Assembly (NCBI GenBank): GCA_041644975.1
Contig: JBAZQX010000002.1
Span: 20,603-84,602 of the forward strand
DNA length: 64,000 bases
DNA from: Candidatus Doudnabacteria bacterium
GTDB lineage: Bacteria > Patescibacteriota > JAQUNI01
Direction: 5' to 3'
Of this stretch, positions 18,801-30,204 are shown piece by piece. Under the pieces are notes generated by a model. The model was not told the origin of the DNA. It saw nothing but the letters and a program-made list of their open reading frames with translations, and ran no database searches. Positions within the stretch are counted from its first letter, which is position 1; every line of letters begins with the position of its first letter. The translations under genes were made by a program, and so were the position numbers.

Positions 18801-20397
18801 TTAACAAATTTTTGCTTCTTAATTTATGGTGATAGGCGATCGCAAAGCGGTGGGCTTCGTCGCGGATGCGTTTTAAGAGCATCAGACCCGCGGAAGCTAG
18901 AGGAATGTTAATGGGTTTTTTTTGATGGGGAATATAGATTTGTTCTAATTTTTTCGCCAGCGCGCAGAGGGGAATTGCGATTTGGTATTTTTTGAAGACC
19001 TGAAGAGCGGCATTGAGTTGAGGTTTTCCGCCGTCCACTAAAATTAGATCCGGCAGAGGCCAGCTATCCTTTTGATTAATTCTTTTCAGGCGGCGAGCGA
19101 GGATTTCCCGCATCATGGCGACGTCATTTGGGGAATTGATGGTTTTGATTTTAAAGCGGCGGTAAGAGGATGGATTTTTTGCGCCGTTTTTGAACACAAT
19201 CATACTACCGGTTGCCTCTTGACCTTGAATATTAGAGATATCATAGGCCTCAATTCTTTGAGGAGGTTTTTTAAGTCTCAAATAGCTCGCAAGTTCAATA
19301 AGCGCCTTTTCTATTTTTATTTTTTGCGTTCTTTCTATTTTGATGCGCGTTTTTAAATACTCACGGGCGTTTTTTTCTCCCATTTTGATCAGTTTTCTTT
19401 TTTGGCCTTTCTGGGGGACAGTGAGTTCTGCTGTGAGGAGGGGCGTTTTTTCCACTGTGGCGGGGAGGACAATTTCTTGAGGTTGGTTCTCTTTTCTAAA
19501 ATAGTATTCCCCTAGAAATCTCTGTAAAATTTCGTTATCCGTTTTTTTTATTGTATGCAGAAGGATAAAGTTTTCTTTACCTATGAGACGCCCTTCGCGA
19601 ATGCGGAAAAGATTTACGACGGCCATCTTTTTACTGCGGGTGATGCTAATCACATCTTGGCTTTTTAAATTGCGGCTCACTACTTTTTGTTTTTCTTGAA
19701 TTTTTTCTAAGGCTGAAATCCGATCGCGCAGGATGGCCGCGGTTTCAAAATTTTGTTTAACGCTTTCCTCCCTCATTTTCCTTTTTGTTTCTCGGATAAT
19801 GGGGAGATGATGACCGCGCAAAAAAGAAATAATCTCACTAATGATTTTTTGGTATGCTTCTGGCTCTATTTTATTCTCGCAAGGGGCAGGGCAGAGTTTG
19901 AGGTGTGAGAAAAGGCAGATGCGATGGGGTAAAATTCGGCAGGAGCGGTAGGGAAAAATTTTGCGCAAGATTTTAAGGGTGGTGCGCGCCTCGTCGCTTG
20001 CAGGATAGGGTCCAAAAAGAATACCCTCTTCCTTTTTGGTTTTGCGGTTTTCCCTTTCTATAAAAACGCGAGGAAATTTTTCAGCCGTGATTTTAATGTA
20101 GACATAGGATTTGTCGTCCTTGAAGACAATATTATAGCGGGGTCTATATTTTTTGATTAGATTATTTTCCAAAAGCAGGGCTTCGGATTCATTATCTACG
20201 ACAATATGCTCTAGGCTTTTAGCGCGAGCGAGCATGAGCTTCTTGTCAGGCGCAAGATTCTCTTGATTTCTAAAATAAGAAGCAATCCTTTTTTTGAGGT
20301 TTTTGGCTTTGCCCACATAGATTACCTTTTGATTCTGATCGCGGAAAATGTAGACGCCGGGAGCAGGGGGGAAGTTTTCTTGACTTATTTTGAGCAT
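18796..20397 (-). CDS. uvrC: excinuclease ABC subunit C
   Basis: GIY-YIG N-terminus GVYIFRDQNQKVIYVGKAKNLKKRIASYF, a UvrBC-interaction region, an RNase H-like domain and a (HhH)2 domain. Confidence 0.93.
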   Translation of the reverse strand: MLKISQENFPPAPGVYIFRDQNQKVIYVGKAKNLKKRIASYFRNQENLAPDKKLMLARAKSLEHIVVDNESEALLLENNLIKKYRPRYNIVFKDDKSYVYIKITAEKFPRVFIERENRKTKKEEGILFGPYPASDEARTTLKILRKIFPYRSCRILPHRICLFSHLKLCPAPCENKIEPEAYQKIISEIISFLRGHHLPIIRETKRKMREESVKQNFETAAILRDRISALEKIQEKQKVVSRNLKSQDVISITRSKKMAVVNLFRIREGRLIGKENFILLHTIKKTDNEILQRFLGEYYFRKENQPQEIVLPATVEKTPLLTAELTVPQKGQKRKLIKMGEKNAREYLKTRIKIERTQKIKIEKALIELASYLRLKKPPQRIEAYDISNIQGQEATGSMIVFKNGAKNPSSYRRFKIKTINSPNDVAMMREILARRLKRINQKDSWPLPDLILVDGGKPQLNAALQVFKKYQIAIPLCALAKKLEQIYIPHQKKPINIPLASAGLMLLKRIRDEAHRFAIAYHHKLRSKNLLK

Positions 20398-20475
20398 TGT
20401 GGTATAAAGACTTTGCTGTTTTGAATGTCCTTTATATTATAGATTTTTTGGGTTTTTTAGGGAAGGAGAGAGAAA

Positions 20476-20907
20476 ATGAGTATAATTGTGACGCAGAGTA
20501 GTATAAATGAAATCATGGATAAAATTATTAGCGCTATTATTGAATTCCAAGAAGAACTTGGGAAAAAAGTTCTTGCCGTGTTGGGGATGAAAGCAGAATT
20601 TGTTGGGGTTCCTGATAGACATCGTCCCAATTTTTTAGATGATTTACCTGCTGAAATAAGAGAAACATTAAAGAACTACATTTTAGCCAGTGAGAAATGG
20701 GAGGATTTTATTGTAGAGGCAAAAGATGATATTTGCCTTATGATCCATGAAGCGGGAACCCACTTTATTAAGGAAATGCTGGAAGCTATTTATGGGGAGG
20801 CTGATGATTCCGGTCTGGATACGGATGTGGAAGCGTTTAGTGATCTAGAAAAGAAAATCGGCAAAATTTTAGAAGAAGGATTAGCGACGGAAGAAGGGGA
20901 GGAATAA
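20476..20907 (+). CDS. hypothetical acidic protein
   Basis: The SD ggaaggagag precedes the ATG. No family recognised. Confidence 0.45.
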   Translation: MSIIVTQSSINEIMDKIISAIIEFQEELGKKVLAVLGMKAEFVGVPDRHRPNFLDDLPAEIRETLKNYILASEKWEDFIVEAKDDICLMIHEAGTHFIKEMLEAIYGEADDSGLDTDVEAFSDLEKKIGKILEEGLATEEGEE

Positions 20908-20914
20908 AGGCATT

Positions 20915-20950
20915 GGCTCTTTTATTAAAAGGAGCCTTTTTTATTTTTTG
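20915..20950 (+). terminator. rho-independent terminator
   Basis: Stem ggctc / ggagcc followed by ttttttatttttt. Confidence 0.45.
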
Positions 20951-20975
20951 TAAAAAGATATATATATCAGTGGTT

Positions 20976-21073
20976 GGCTCCATAGTGGTGTAAGCCCTAT
21001 GGAGCCTTAATGCGAGCCGTTATATATTTTTATCTTGCAGCATGACTCCACAGCCCCTTCGGGGACTATGGAG
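20976..21073. promoter_or_regulatory. pair of related hairpins (ctccatag / ctatggag arms) upstream of uvrA
   Basis: The two hairpins are ggctccatag-N11-ctatggagcc (20976-21006) and actccacagcccc-ttc-ggggactatggag (21045-21073). The same ctccatag motif occurs in the structured element at 16024. Confidence 0.3.
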
Positions 21074-21166
21074 CCAATACCCTATTATCAAGTTTTGACC
21101 CACGTCCCTTTTTGATGTATAATTATGAAGTTTAAAAACTTTTAAGATAATTAAAAATAAAAGATA

Positions 21167-24007
21167 ATGCCGAAGAAAATTATTATCCGCGGGGCGCGGG
21201 TGCATAATCTGAAAAATATCAATCTAGAGATTCCGCGGGATAAATTAGTGGTTTTCACCGGTTTGTCCGGCTCGGGAAAGTCCTCGCTTGCCTTTGATAC
21301 AATTTATGCCGAAGGTCAGCGCCGTTATGTGGAGAGTTTATCCGCTTACGCGCGACAGTTTTTAGGTTTAATGGATAAGCCGGATGTGGATCAGATTGAG
21401 GGGTTATCACCAGCGATTTCCATTGATCAGAAATCCGCTTCCTCTAATCCGCGGTCTACAGTGGGCACGATTACTGAAATTTACGATTATTTACGTTTGC
21501 TTTTCAGCCGCGTCGGCAAACCTCATTGCCTTTCCTGCGGCAAGCCGATTACCGCCCAGACAGCGAGCCAGATTACAGACAAGATTCTTGCTCTTCCTCG
21601 CGATTCTCGGGTAATTATTTTAGCCCCCTTGGTGCGCGATCGCAAAGGCGAACATAAACGGGAAATGACAGAGATTCAAAGAGCAGGGTTTGTGCGGGTG
21701 CGTTTAGATGGAGTCATATTAGAATTGGAAGAGGCGCTTCAGGGCAATATTAACCCTAAAAAGAAACACACTTTGGAGATTGTGGTGGATCGGCTGGAGA
21801 TCAGCGGAAACAAAGAAAACAGAGAGCGGGTTGCCGATTCCACGGAGACAGCGTTAAATTTAGGTAATAGTTTAATTATTGTGCATAATCTGAACACCAG
21901 TGAGGATTTGCTTTTTTCAGAAAATTTCGCTTGCCCGGAATGCGGCTTAAGTCTGCCTACCTTAGAACCGCGCGATTTTTCTTTTAATTCGCCGCACGGC
22001 GCCTGCCCGGAATGCACTGGCCTCGGCACTAAATTAGAGGTTGACCCTCTCTTAGTGATTCCAAATAAAAGGCTTTCTATTTATGAGGGCGCGATTCGGC
22101 CCTGGGCAAGGAGCGCCTCGCGCAATGGCTGGTATATTCAGATGTTGGAAGCGGTGGCTTCTTATTACGGTTTTTCCTTAGAAACCCCTGTGGCCGGGCT
22201 TAAAAAAAAGGATCTAGAGATTATCCTTTATGGGACCGCCGACACCCGCATTCCCACCGCGTTTAAAAGAGATTATCGTTATTTGCAAGCCGAAATTCCT
22301 TTTGAAGGGGTGATCCCTAATTTGGCTCGGAGATATCAGGAAACAGAATCCGATTATGTGCGCCGTGAGATTGAAAAATATATGCGCGTTTATCCCTGCC
22401 CCACTTGCAATGGTATGCGTCTCAAAAAAGAAATTTTAGGGGTAAAGATCATGGGGCGATCCATTGTAGACATTGCGCAAAAGGACATTGACCAGGCCTT
22501 TGCTTTCTTCCAAAATTTAGAAAAGGATTTAAACGCTCGGGATAAAATTATCGCCAAGCAGATTTTAAAAGAAATCCGCGCTCGCCTTTCTTTTTTACAA
22601 AATGTGGGTCTTTCTTATTTAACTCTGGATCGGCCGGCAGCCTCTTTGGCGGGCGGCGAATCCCAACGCATTAGACTCGCAACCCAGATTGGCTCTGCTT
22701 TAGTCGGCGTGCTTTATATTCTGGATGAACCTTCTGTTGGTTTGCATCAAAAAGACAATGTGCGCTTGATTGAAACCTTAAAAAAATTAAGAGATCAGGG
22801 TAACACGGTGATTGTAGTGGAACATGACGAAGAAATGATTTTGAATGCCGACTTTATTGTGGATATCGGACCAGGGGCTGGGAGAGAAGGCGGGGCAATC
22901 GTCGCTTGTGGAACACCAGCGGAGATTAAAAGGAATAAACGTTCTCTTACCGGTCAGTATTTAAGCCATCGTCTAGAGATTTCCTTGCCCCAAAAATATC
23001 GCCCCGGAAGCCACAAAAAAATCATCATTTATGGCGCCTCGGCGCATAATTTAAAAGAGATTACCGCGGAGATTCCTTTGGGCAAGCTAGTTTGTGTTAC
23101 CGGCGTTTCGGGTTCGGGTAAATCCACTTTAATCTGCGATATCTTGGCGCGGTTCTTGGCTCAACATTTTTATCGCGCCCGTACCCTACCGGCGAAACAT
23201 AAGAAGATCACGGGGTTTTCGTATCTGGACAAAGTAATCAGTATTGATCAATCGCCGATTGGTCGCACCCCGCGTTCCAATCCGGCGACTTATACAGGCG
23301 CGTTCACCCACATCCGTGATCTCTATGCGGAGACTCAAGAGGCCAAAATCCGAGGTTATCGCGCGGGTCGTTTTAGTTTTAATGTGAAAGGAGGCCGGTG
23401 CGAGGCCTGCCGGGGTGAGGGTTTAGTCAGGATTGAAATGCAGTTTTTGCCGGATGTGTATGTGGAATGTGAAGAATGCAAAGGCACCCGTTATAACAAA
23501 GAAGCCCTGGAGATTTATTACAAAGATAAAAATATCGCTGATGTTTTAAGAATGACCGTGGCGGAGGCTTTGCAGTTTTTTCGTAATGTGCCTGCGATAT
23601 ATCAAAAATTAATAGTTTTATGCGATGTGGGTCTGGATTATATTCAGTTAGGCCAGCCCGCGCCTACTCTTTCTGGTGGCGAAGCGCAAAGAGTGAAACT
23701 CGCCAGCGAACTCGCGCGCCGCGCTACAGGGAAGACCCTGTATATTTTAGATGAACCAACCACGGGTTTGCATTTTCACGATGTGGGAAGGTTGTTGGCG
23801 GTTTTAAATCAACTGGTGGACAAAGGCAATACGGTTTTGGTGATTGAGCATAACTTAGATGTAATTAAATCCGCAGATTGGGTTATCGATTTAGGACCGG
23901 ACGGCGGGGAGGCAGGCGGCCATCTTGTAGCAGCGGGCACGCCGCGCCAAGTCGCCAAAGTGAAAGCAAGTTATACGGGACAGTTTTTGAAGAAATACTT
24001 TCAATAA
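21167..24007 (+). CDS. uvrA: excinuclease ABC subunit A
   Basis: Two ABC ATPase modules (GLSGSGKSS and GVSGSGKST), zinc-finger Cys pairs, and full-length UvrA similarity. Confidence 0.97.
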   Translation: MPKKIIIRGARVHNLKNINLEIPRDKLVVFTGLSGSGKSSLAFDTIYAEGQRRYVESLSAYARQFLGLMDKPDVDQIEGLSPAISIDQKSASSNPRSTVGTITEIYDYLRLLFSRVGKPHCLSCGKPITAQTASQITDKILALPRDSRVIILAPLVRDRKGEHKREMTEIQRAGFVRVRLDGVILELEEALQGNINPKKKHTLEIVVDRLEISGNKENRERVADSTETALNLGNSLIIVHNLNTSEDLLFSENFACPECGLSLPTLEPRDFSFNSPHGACPECTGLGTKLEVDPLLVIPNKRLSIYEGAIRPWARSASRNGWYIQMLEAVASYYGFSLETPVAGLKKKDLEIILYGTADTRIPTAFKRDYRYLQAEIPFEGVIPNLARRYQETESDYVRREIEKYMRVYPCPTCNGMRLKKEILGVKIMGRSIVDIAQKDIDQAFAFFQNLEKDLNARDKIIAKQILKEIRARLSFLQNVGLSYLTLDRPAASLAGGESQRIRLATQIGSALVGVLYILDEPSVGLHQKDNVRLIETLKKLRDQGNTVIVVEHDEEMILNADFIVDIGPGAGREGGAIVACGTPAEIKRNKRSLTGQYLSHRLEISLPQKYRPGSHKKIIIYGASAHNLKEITAEIPLGKLVCVTGVSGSGKSTLICDILARFLAQHFYRARTLPAKHKKITGFSYLDKVISIDQSPIGRTPRSNPATYTGAFTHIRDLYAETQEAKIRGYRAGRFSFNVKGGRCEACRGEGLVRIEMQFLPDVYVECEECKGTRYNKEALEIYYKDKNIADVLRMTVAEALQFFRNVPAIYQKLIVLCDVGLDYIQLGQPAPTLSGGEAQRVKLASELARRATGKTLYILDEPTTGLHFHDVGRLLAVLNQLVDKGNTVLVIEHNLDVIKSADWVIDLGPDGGEAGGHLVAAGTPRQVAKVKASYTGQFLKKYFQ

Positions 24008-24048
24008 TTTTAAATTCTAAATTTTTAATTTTAAATCAATTTTAAATG
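24006..24048. repeat. AT-rich 42-nt gene-end repeat (copy 1; copy 2 at 28378-28420)
   Basis: aattttaaattctaaatttttaatttt is identical in both copies. Each sits immediately after a plus-strand stop codon. Confidence 0.5.
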
Positions 24049-24116
24049 CTTGAATTTTAAATTTTAAAACAAAGAAAAAAAGTTTTAAAATTAAGATTTT
24101 AAAATTTTATTTAAGG

Positions 24117-25088
24117 ATGAAAGCTGGTCTTCAAAAAAATATCTTATACACCCTCACCTTCTTTGATTTGATTGGCAAACCTTTGACCCTTTTTGAGTGT
24201 TGGCAATATCTTTTTAATGTCTTTCCCCTAAAATCCGGAGCAAGTATTGTAGAGATAGAGGACATTCTTCGGAAACATCCGAAGGTAGCAAATTTCCGCG
24301 GTTTTTATTTTTTGAAAGGCCATAGGGAGTTAGTGGACAGAAGGCGGAGAGAACATAATTTTTCTCAAGTTAAATGGAAGAGAGCGCGCTGCGTCATCCG
24401 TTTGTTGTCTTATGTGCCCTTTGTGAGGATGATCGCTGTCTGTAATACCGTGGCTTTTGATACCGCTCAAAAGGGGAGTGATATTGATTTTTTAATCCTG
24501 GTCCAAAACGGAAAAATGTGGACTACCCGCTTCGCGGTTACTCTTCTCGTTTCTCTTCTGGGGCTCCGAAGACATCGTCGCAAAATTACTGACCGTATTT
24601 GTCTGTCTTTTTATTTAGCGGACAATTGTTTGGATTTAAGTAAAGTGGCTTTAAGGAAAGAAAATGGCGCGATTGATGATCCTTATTTAGTTTATTGGGC
24701 GAGCAAGGTGAGTCCTGTTTACGATGAAGGGAGGGGAGAGATTTTTTTCTCGCAAAACAATTGGATTCGTAAATATCTTCCAAACTATATTCCTTATTCG
24801 GGAGTAGGGAGGCGCATTATCCGAAATAACCTTTCAAGGCAGATCTGGAAAAAAAGCATAGAACGCTTATTGCGTTCAATTCTTGGCAATTTAGGTGAAG
24901 ATATTTTAAAGAAATTGCAACTCGCTAAAATGTCGCATAATACCAAAAGCGTGGCGCGCGAACCAAATACGAAAGTGATTATTTCAGATCAAATCCTGAA
25001 GTTTCACGAGCAGGATTTAAGAGGGTTTTATCAGGGAGCTCTTGACCCCTCACCCAGAAACGATTTAAACCTGATAGAAAGGTTTTAA
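24117..25088 (+). CDS. hypothetical protein with Pol-beta-like nucleotidyltransferase motif
   Basis: GSDIDFLIL fits the G[SG]-x-D-x-D NTase signature. Otherwise unrecognised. Confidence 0.45.
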   Translation: MKAGLQKNILYTLTFFDLIGKPLTLFECWQYLFNVFPLKSGASIVEIEDILRKHPKVANFRGFYFLKGHRELVDRRRREHNFSQVKWKRARCVIRLLSYVPFVRMIAVCNTVAFDTAQKGSDIDFLILVQNGKMWTTRFAVTLLVSLLGLRRHRRKITDRICLSFYLADNCLDLSKVALRKENGAIDDPYLVYWASKVSPVYDEGRGEIFFSQNNWIRKYLPNYIPYSGVGRRIIRNNLSRQIWKKSIERLLRSILGNLGEDILKKLQLAKMSHNTKSVAREPNTKVIISDQILKFHEQDLRGFYQGALDPSPRNDLNLIERF

Positions 25089-25247
25089 TATTATAGAAAC
25101 GAGGCATTGCAAACTTAGTAATAAAAGCCGTGAAAAATAATAGAAAAATCATATAATGTTTTTGGCACGGTATAATGTTTTTGAAAACATTGTGTGATTT
25201 CATCCCTAACCCATATCGTTTTCTGGGTGAGGGGCTCTTGCCCTTGA

Positions 25248-25306
25248 CCCTTCACCTTTAGCTAAGGTCTTCACCTTTATGAAAGGTGAAGACTAAAGGT
25301 GAAGGG
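25248..25306. repeat. 59-bp nested perfect palindrome flanked by direct cttgac repeats
   Basis: Outer arms cccttcaccttta / taaaggtgaaggg and inner arms gtcttcaccttt / aaaggtgaagac. cttgac lies immediately 5-prime (25243-48) and 3-prime (25307-12), suggesting a possible target-site duplication. Confidence 0.45.
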
Positions 25307-25338
25307 CTTGACAAGAAATGTAATTTTGCTAAAATAAT

Positions 25339-25365
25339 TTAGCACTCTTGACAGGAGTCTGCTAA
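25339..25365 (+). promoter_or_regulatory. CIRCE (HrcA operator) upstream of groES
   Basis: ttagcactc-ttgacagga-gtctgctaa compared with consensus TTAGCACTC-N9-GAGTGCTAA: the left arm matches 9/9 and the right arm 7/9. It lies 52 nt before the groES ATG. Confidence 0.7.
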
Positions 25366-25416
25366 TTCTCTATTATTAGTTATTACTAGAAATTAAATCC
25401 AATAAATCAAAAAATT

Positions 25417-25707
25417 ATGATCATCCAACCTTTAGATGACAAAGTGGTGATTAAACCATTAGATGAAGAAGAAAAAACCAAAGGCGGTATTGTTTTACCT
25501 GACACCGCGGAGAAAGAAAAACCTGAAAAAGGAAAAGTGGTAGCTGTTGGTCCGGGCAAAATTTTGGATAATGGCGCGAGATCTCCGATGATGGTTAAGA
25601 AAGGGGATGTGGTTTTGTTCACCAAATACAGCCCGAATGAAATTAAGATTGATGGTAAAGAGGTTTTAATCGTTTCCGAGTCTGACATTTTAGCAATTCT
25701 TAAATAA
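25417..25707 (+). CDS. groES: co-chaperonin GroES
   Basis: Full-length Cpn10 similarity. Confidence 0.95.
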   Translation: MIIQPLDDKVVIKPLDEEEKTKGGIVLPDTAEKEKPEKGKVVAVGPGKILDNGARSPMMVKKGDVVLFTKYSPNEIKIDGKEVLIVSESDILAILK

Positions 25708-25772
25708 TTTTAGAACTTGCAACTTAAAAACTTGTAACGAGAGGAACATAAAACTTGAGTTATAAGCTGTGA

Positions 25773-27416
<1,644 letters not shown>

Positions 27417-27436
27417 GCGCCCCAAGTGGTGTTGGA

Positions 27437-27552
27437 TAAACCCCGTTAGAGAATTTCGTTCTCTAACGGTTTCCAATGACGGTGACATTAAACCACTGCC
27501 AGCGTCTATATTTTTCCCACCACTTCGTCGTCGGCTTTCTCTAACGGGGTAA
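27437..27552. repeat. MITE-like palindromic element family A, copy 2
   Basis: aaaccccgttagagaa ... ttctctaacggggt, located between the groEL stop and its terminator. Confidence 0.5.
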
Positions 27553-27582
27553 AATAAAGCATCTAAAGTTTTTCAGATAAAA

Positions 27583-27617
27583 AGAGGCCCTTCTTTGAAA
27601 GGGTCTCTTTTGTTTTT
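27583..27617 (+). terminator. rho-independent terminator after groEL
   Basis: 10-bp stem agaggccctt / aagggtctct followed by tttgttttt. Confidence 0.55.
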
Positions 27618-27620
27618 ATT

Positions 27621-27655
27621 GCAGTAGAGACAGGTTTTAAACCTGTCTCTACTGC
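27621..27655. repeat. 35-nt perfect palindrome gcagtagagacaggtttt|aaacctgtctctactgc (family E; second copy 45517-45550)
   Basis: Followed by a T-run. A near-identical 30-mer occurs upstream of tRNA-Ser. Confidence 0.5.
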
Positions 27656-27708
27656 TCTTTTATTTTTTTCTTATTTGCGTTAAAATAAAGAGAAATTTTA
27701 GAAACAAA

Positions 27709-28368
27709 ATGCAAGATGAGATTTTTGTTATTATTCCTGCTTATAACGAAGCCGCTCGGATCGGGGCGGTTTTGGAAGGAGTGAAAAAGTATTGCCCTAA
27801 TATTATTGTGGTGGATGACGGATCAGATGACGAGACTTCGGAAGTCGCAAAGTGGTATAAAGTTATTGTTTTGCGCCACAAAGTGAATTTAGGGAAAGGC
27901 GCGGCACTTAAAACCGGCTGCGAGGCGGCTTTAAAATTGGGAGCGAAGATATTAGTTTTTATGGACGCAGATGGTCAGCACGAGCCAAAGGGTATTCCAC
28001 GGCTCGTTAAGGCTATTTATAAAGGCTATGATTTAGTGATCGGGATGCGGCGTTTAAATCGGAGAATGCCATTTTCAATGTGGGTGGGCAACAAGATTTT
28101 TTCTAAACTCATTCATTACTTTTACAATTTTAATTTGCCTGATACTCAATGTGGTTTTCGCGCTCTTCGTGTCTCGGTCTATCCCAAGATTCAGTGGATG
28201 GCTCAAGGGTATGAAGTGGAAACAGAGATGTTGCTTAGCGCTTTACGAGGTAAATTGCGTTGCGCCGCCATTCCGATTCAAGCCATTTATTACGATAGTT
28301 ATAAGGGGACGACGATAATTGATGGGTTCAAAATTTTGGCTAAAATAATTGAGCGTAGAATATTTTAG
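27709..28368 (+). CDS. glycosyltransferase family 2 (dolichyl-phosphate sugar synthase-like)
   Basis: IIPAYNEAARIGAVL ... VVDDGSDDET, with the DxD motif FMDADGQH. Confidence 0.85.
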   Translation: MQDEIFVIIPAYNEAARIGAVLEGVKKYCPNIIVVDDGSDDETSEVAKWYKVIVLRHKVNLGKGAALKTGCEAALKLGAKILVFMDADGQHEPKGIPRLVKAIYKGYDLVIGMRRLNRRMPFSMWVGNKIFSKLIHYFYNFNLPDTQCGFRALRVSVYPKIQWMAQGYEVETEMLLSALRGKLRCAAIPIQAIYYDSYKGTTIIDGFKILAKIIERRIF

Positions 28369-28531
28369 AGTCAATATAAATTTTAAATTCTAAATTTTTA
28401 ATTTTGATTCAATTTTAAAATCATAATTTTAAATTTTAAAATTAAGGGAAAGAAGAAGGGGTTTTAAAATTAAAAAATTTAAAATTTGAATTTGATTTAA
28501 AATTTAGAATTTAAAATTAGAAATTCAACTC

Positions 28532-28888
28532 ATGATTTCTTTTCTAGGCATTCAAATTTTAGGTGTTTTCTTTGGCGTTTTTATGGCTTATTTTAGTTTT
28601 GTTTATTTTAAACGCCGTGAATTTTCGTTTGGGGTTTTGATTTTTTGGGAAGTTTTGTGGCTCGCTTTAATTTTTGTTTCTATTTTTCCCCATTCCACGA
28701 ATTTTTTTCTTCAAGGGTTGGGCTTAATCAGGGCAATGGATTTGTTTATGATACTTGGTTTTATTATCGCTTTTGGTTTGCTTTTCTATAATTATGTGGT
28801 TGTGCAAAGACTAAGGAAGAAAATAGAGAAAGTAGCGAGAAAGGAAGCTTTAAGAGGGATAAAGTTAAAACTCAGATCGCAAAAGTGA
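28532..28888 (+). CDS. small polytopic membrane protein (DUF2304-like, typically GT2-associated)
   Basis: 118 aa with 4 predicted TM helices and a basic C-tail, located directly after the GT2 gene. Confidence 0.5.
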   Translation: MISFLGIQILGVFFGVFMAYFSFVYFKRREFSFGVLIFWEVLWLALIFVSIFPHSTNFFLQGLGLIRAMDLFMILGFIIAFGLLFYNYVVVQRLRKKIEKVARKEALRGIKLKLRSQK

Positions 28889-28932
28889 AATCTGAATCTT
28901 AAAAGTTAAAAGTATAAAATGAAATAACTTTT

Positions 28933-29895
28933 TTACTTTTGAGATTTTAATTTTAAATACCATTGAATAAATTTTTGTATCCCTTCCTCAATATTGGTTT
29001 TGGGATCAAAATGCAATAATTTTTTAGCTTTGGTAATATCGGCCCAGGTTTTAGGAAGATCGCCCGGCTGGGGCGGTAATTTTTTTATCTTTGCTTTTTG
29101 CCCTATATTTTTTTCAATTAACGCCACAAGCTTAAGGAGAGAAATGGTCCGAGAATTGCCGAGATTATAAATTCCAAAGCCGCGGTGGTATTTGATAGTA
29201 TTTATAATACCCTGGACAATGTCGTCAATATAGGTGTAATCTCTTTGCGATTTGCCGTGGGCATAGAGAGAAACGGTTTTGCCTGCTCCAATAAGTTTAG
29301 TGAATTGATGGATCGCCATATTGGGTCTTTGCCTCGGACCATAGACCGTGAAGAAGCGTAAAACAGCGATATTGAGCTTGTAAAGTTGATAATAATTATA
29401 ACATAAGAGTTCCCCTGCCTTTTTAGTTGCGCCATAAGGCGAAAGGGGATGGTCGGTTATGTCTTTTTCAGAGAAAGGCACCTTAGTATTCGCGCCATAA
29501 ACCGAAGAGGAAGAGGCAAAAATAAAATTTTTGATTTTATGGAGACGCGCTTGTTCTAGGAGGTTTAAAGTGCCATTGACATTCACTTCCAGATATTCCG
29601 CGGGTTTTTCCACAGAAGGACGGACACCCACTTTAGCGGCAAGATGGATAATGAAATTAAAATGATGTTGCGTAAAAATTTTTTTCAAGAGATTTCGGTC
29701 GCGAATGTCGCCTTTGACAAGAGTATAGTGAGGGTTTTGCAAGGCGAGTTTGATATTTCCCTTTTTTATATTGACATCATAAAAAGGATTAAAGTTGTCT
29801 AGACAGAAAACACGATGTTTCTGCTTCAATAATTTTTCTGCTAAATGCGAGCCGATGAACCCGGCGCCGCCCGTTACTAATATTTTTTGGGGCAT
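28933..29895 (-). CDS. NAD-dependent epimerase/dehydratase (UDP-sugar 4-epimerase / UDP-glucuronate decarboxylase family)
   Basis: Rossmann motif ILVTGGAGFIGSHL and the catalytic YxxxK motif in YGATKKAGE. Confidence 0.88.
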   Translation of the reverse strand: MPQKILVTGGAGFIGSHLAEKLLKQKHRVFCLDNFNPFYDVNIKKGNIKLALQNPHYTLVKGDIRDRNLLKKIFTQHHFNFIIHLAAKVGVRPSVEKPAEYLEVNVNGTLNLLEQARLHKIKNFIFASSSSVYGANTKVPFSEKDITDHPLSPYGATKKAGELLCYNYYQLYKLNIAVLRFFTVYGPRQRPNMAIHQFTKLIGAGKTVSLYAHGKSQRDYTYIDDIVQGIINTIKYHRGFGIYNLGNSRTISLLKLVALIEKNIGQKAKIKKLPPQPGDLPKTWADITKAKKLLHFDPKTNIEEGIQKFIQWYLKLKSQK

Positions 29896-30204
29896 GATTA
29901 TAAAAAGCTAAGTTGTTTAATTATTATAAATTATGCAAACTACATTTATTTTGTTATTGCGAGCGATTTTTCCTCCCCTTTCCAAGGGGAGGCTTAGGAG
30001 GGGTTCTGAAAGTTTATCTCCCACCCCCCCCTCTTGTCTCCCCGCTCAGGCCCGCTACGCCAGAGCGTTAGCGAGGCGAGCAGGGGGAGTGTAATCAAGC
30101 TTCTCGCTGATAGGGCTCCATTTTCTGGCTTCGCCAGACTTCAGTCCGAAGGATTTCTATAACAGGACATTGCCCAACGAGGGTTTAATTGTTATATTCT
30201 AAAT

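Noticed and set aside
24006-24116. Possible CRISPR array from the repetitive taaaattt tracts (also 28370-28530)
   Set aside because: There is no regular repeat-spacer periodicity. The tracts are low-complexity AT-rich sequence at gene ends and there are no cas genes.
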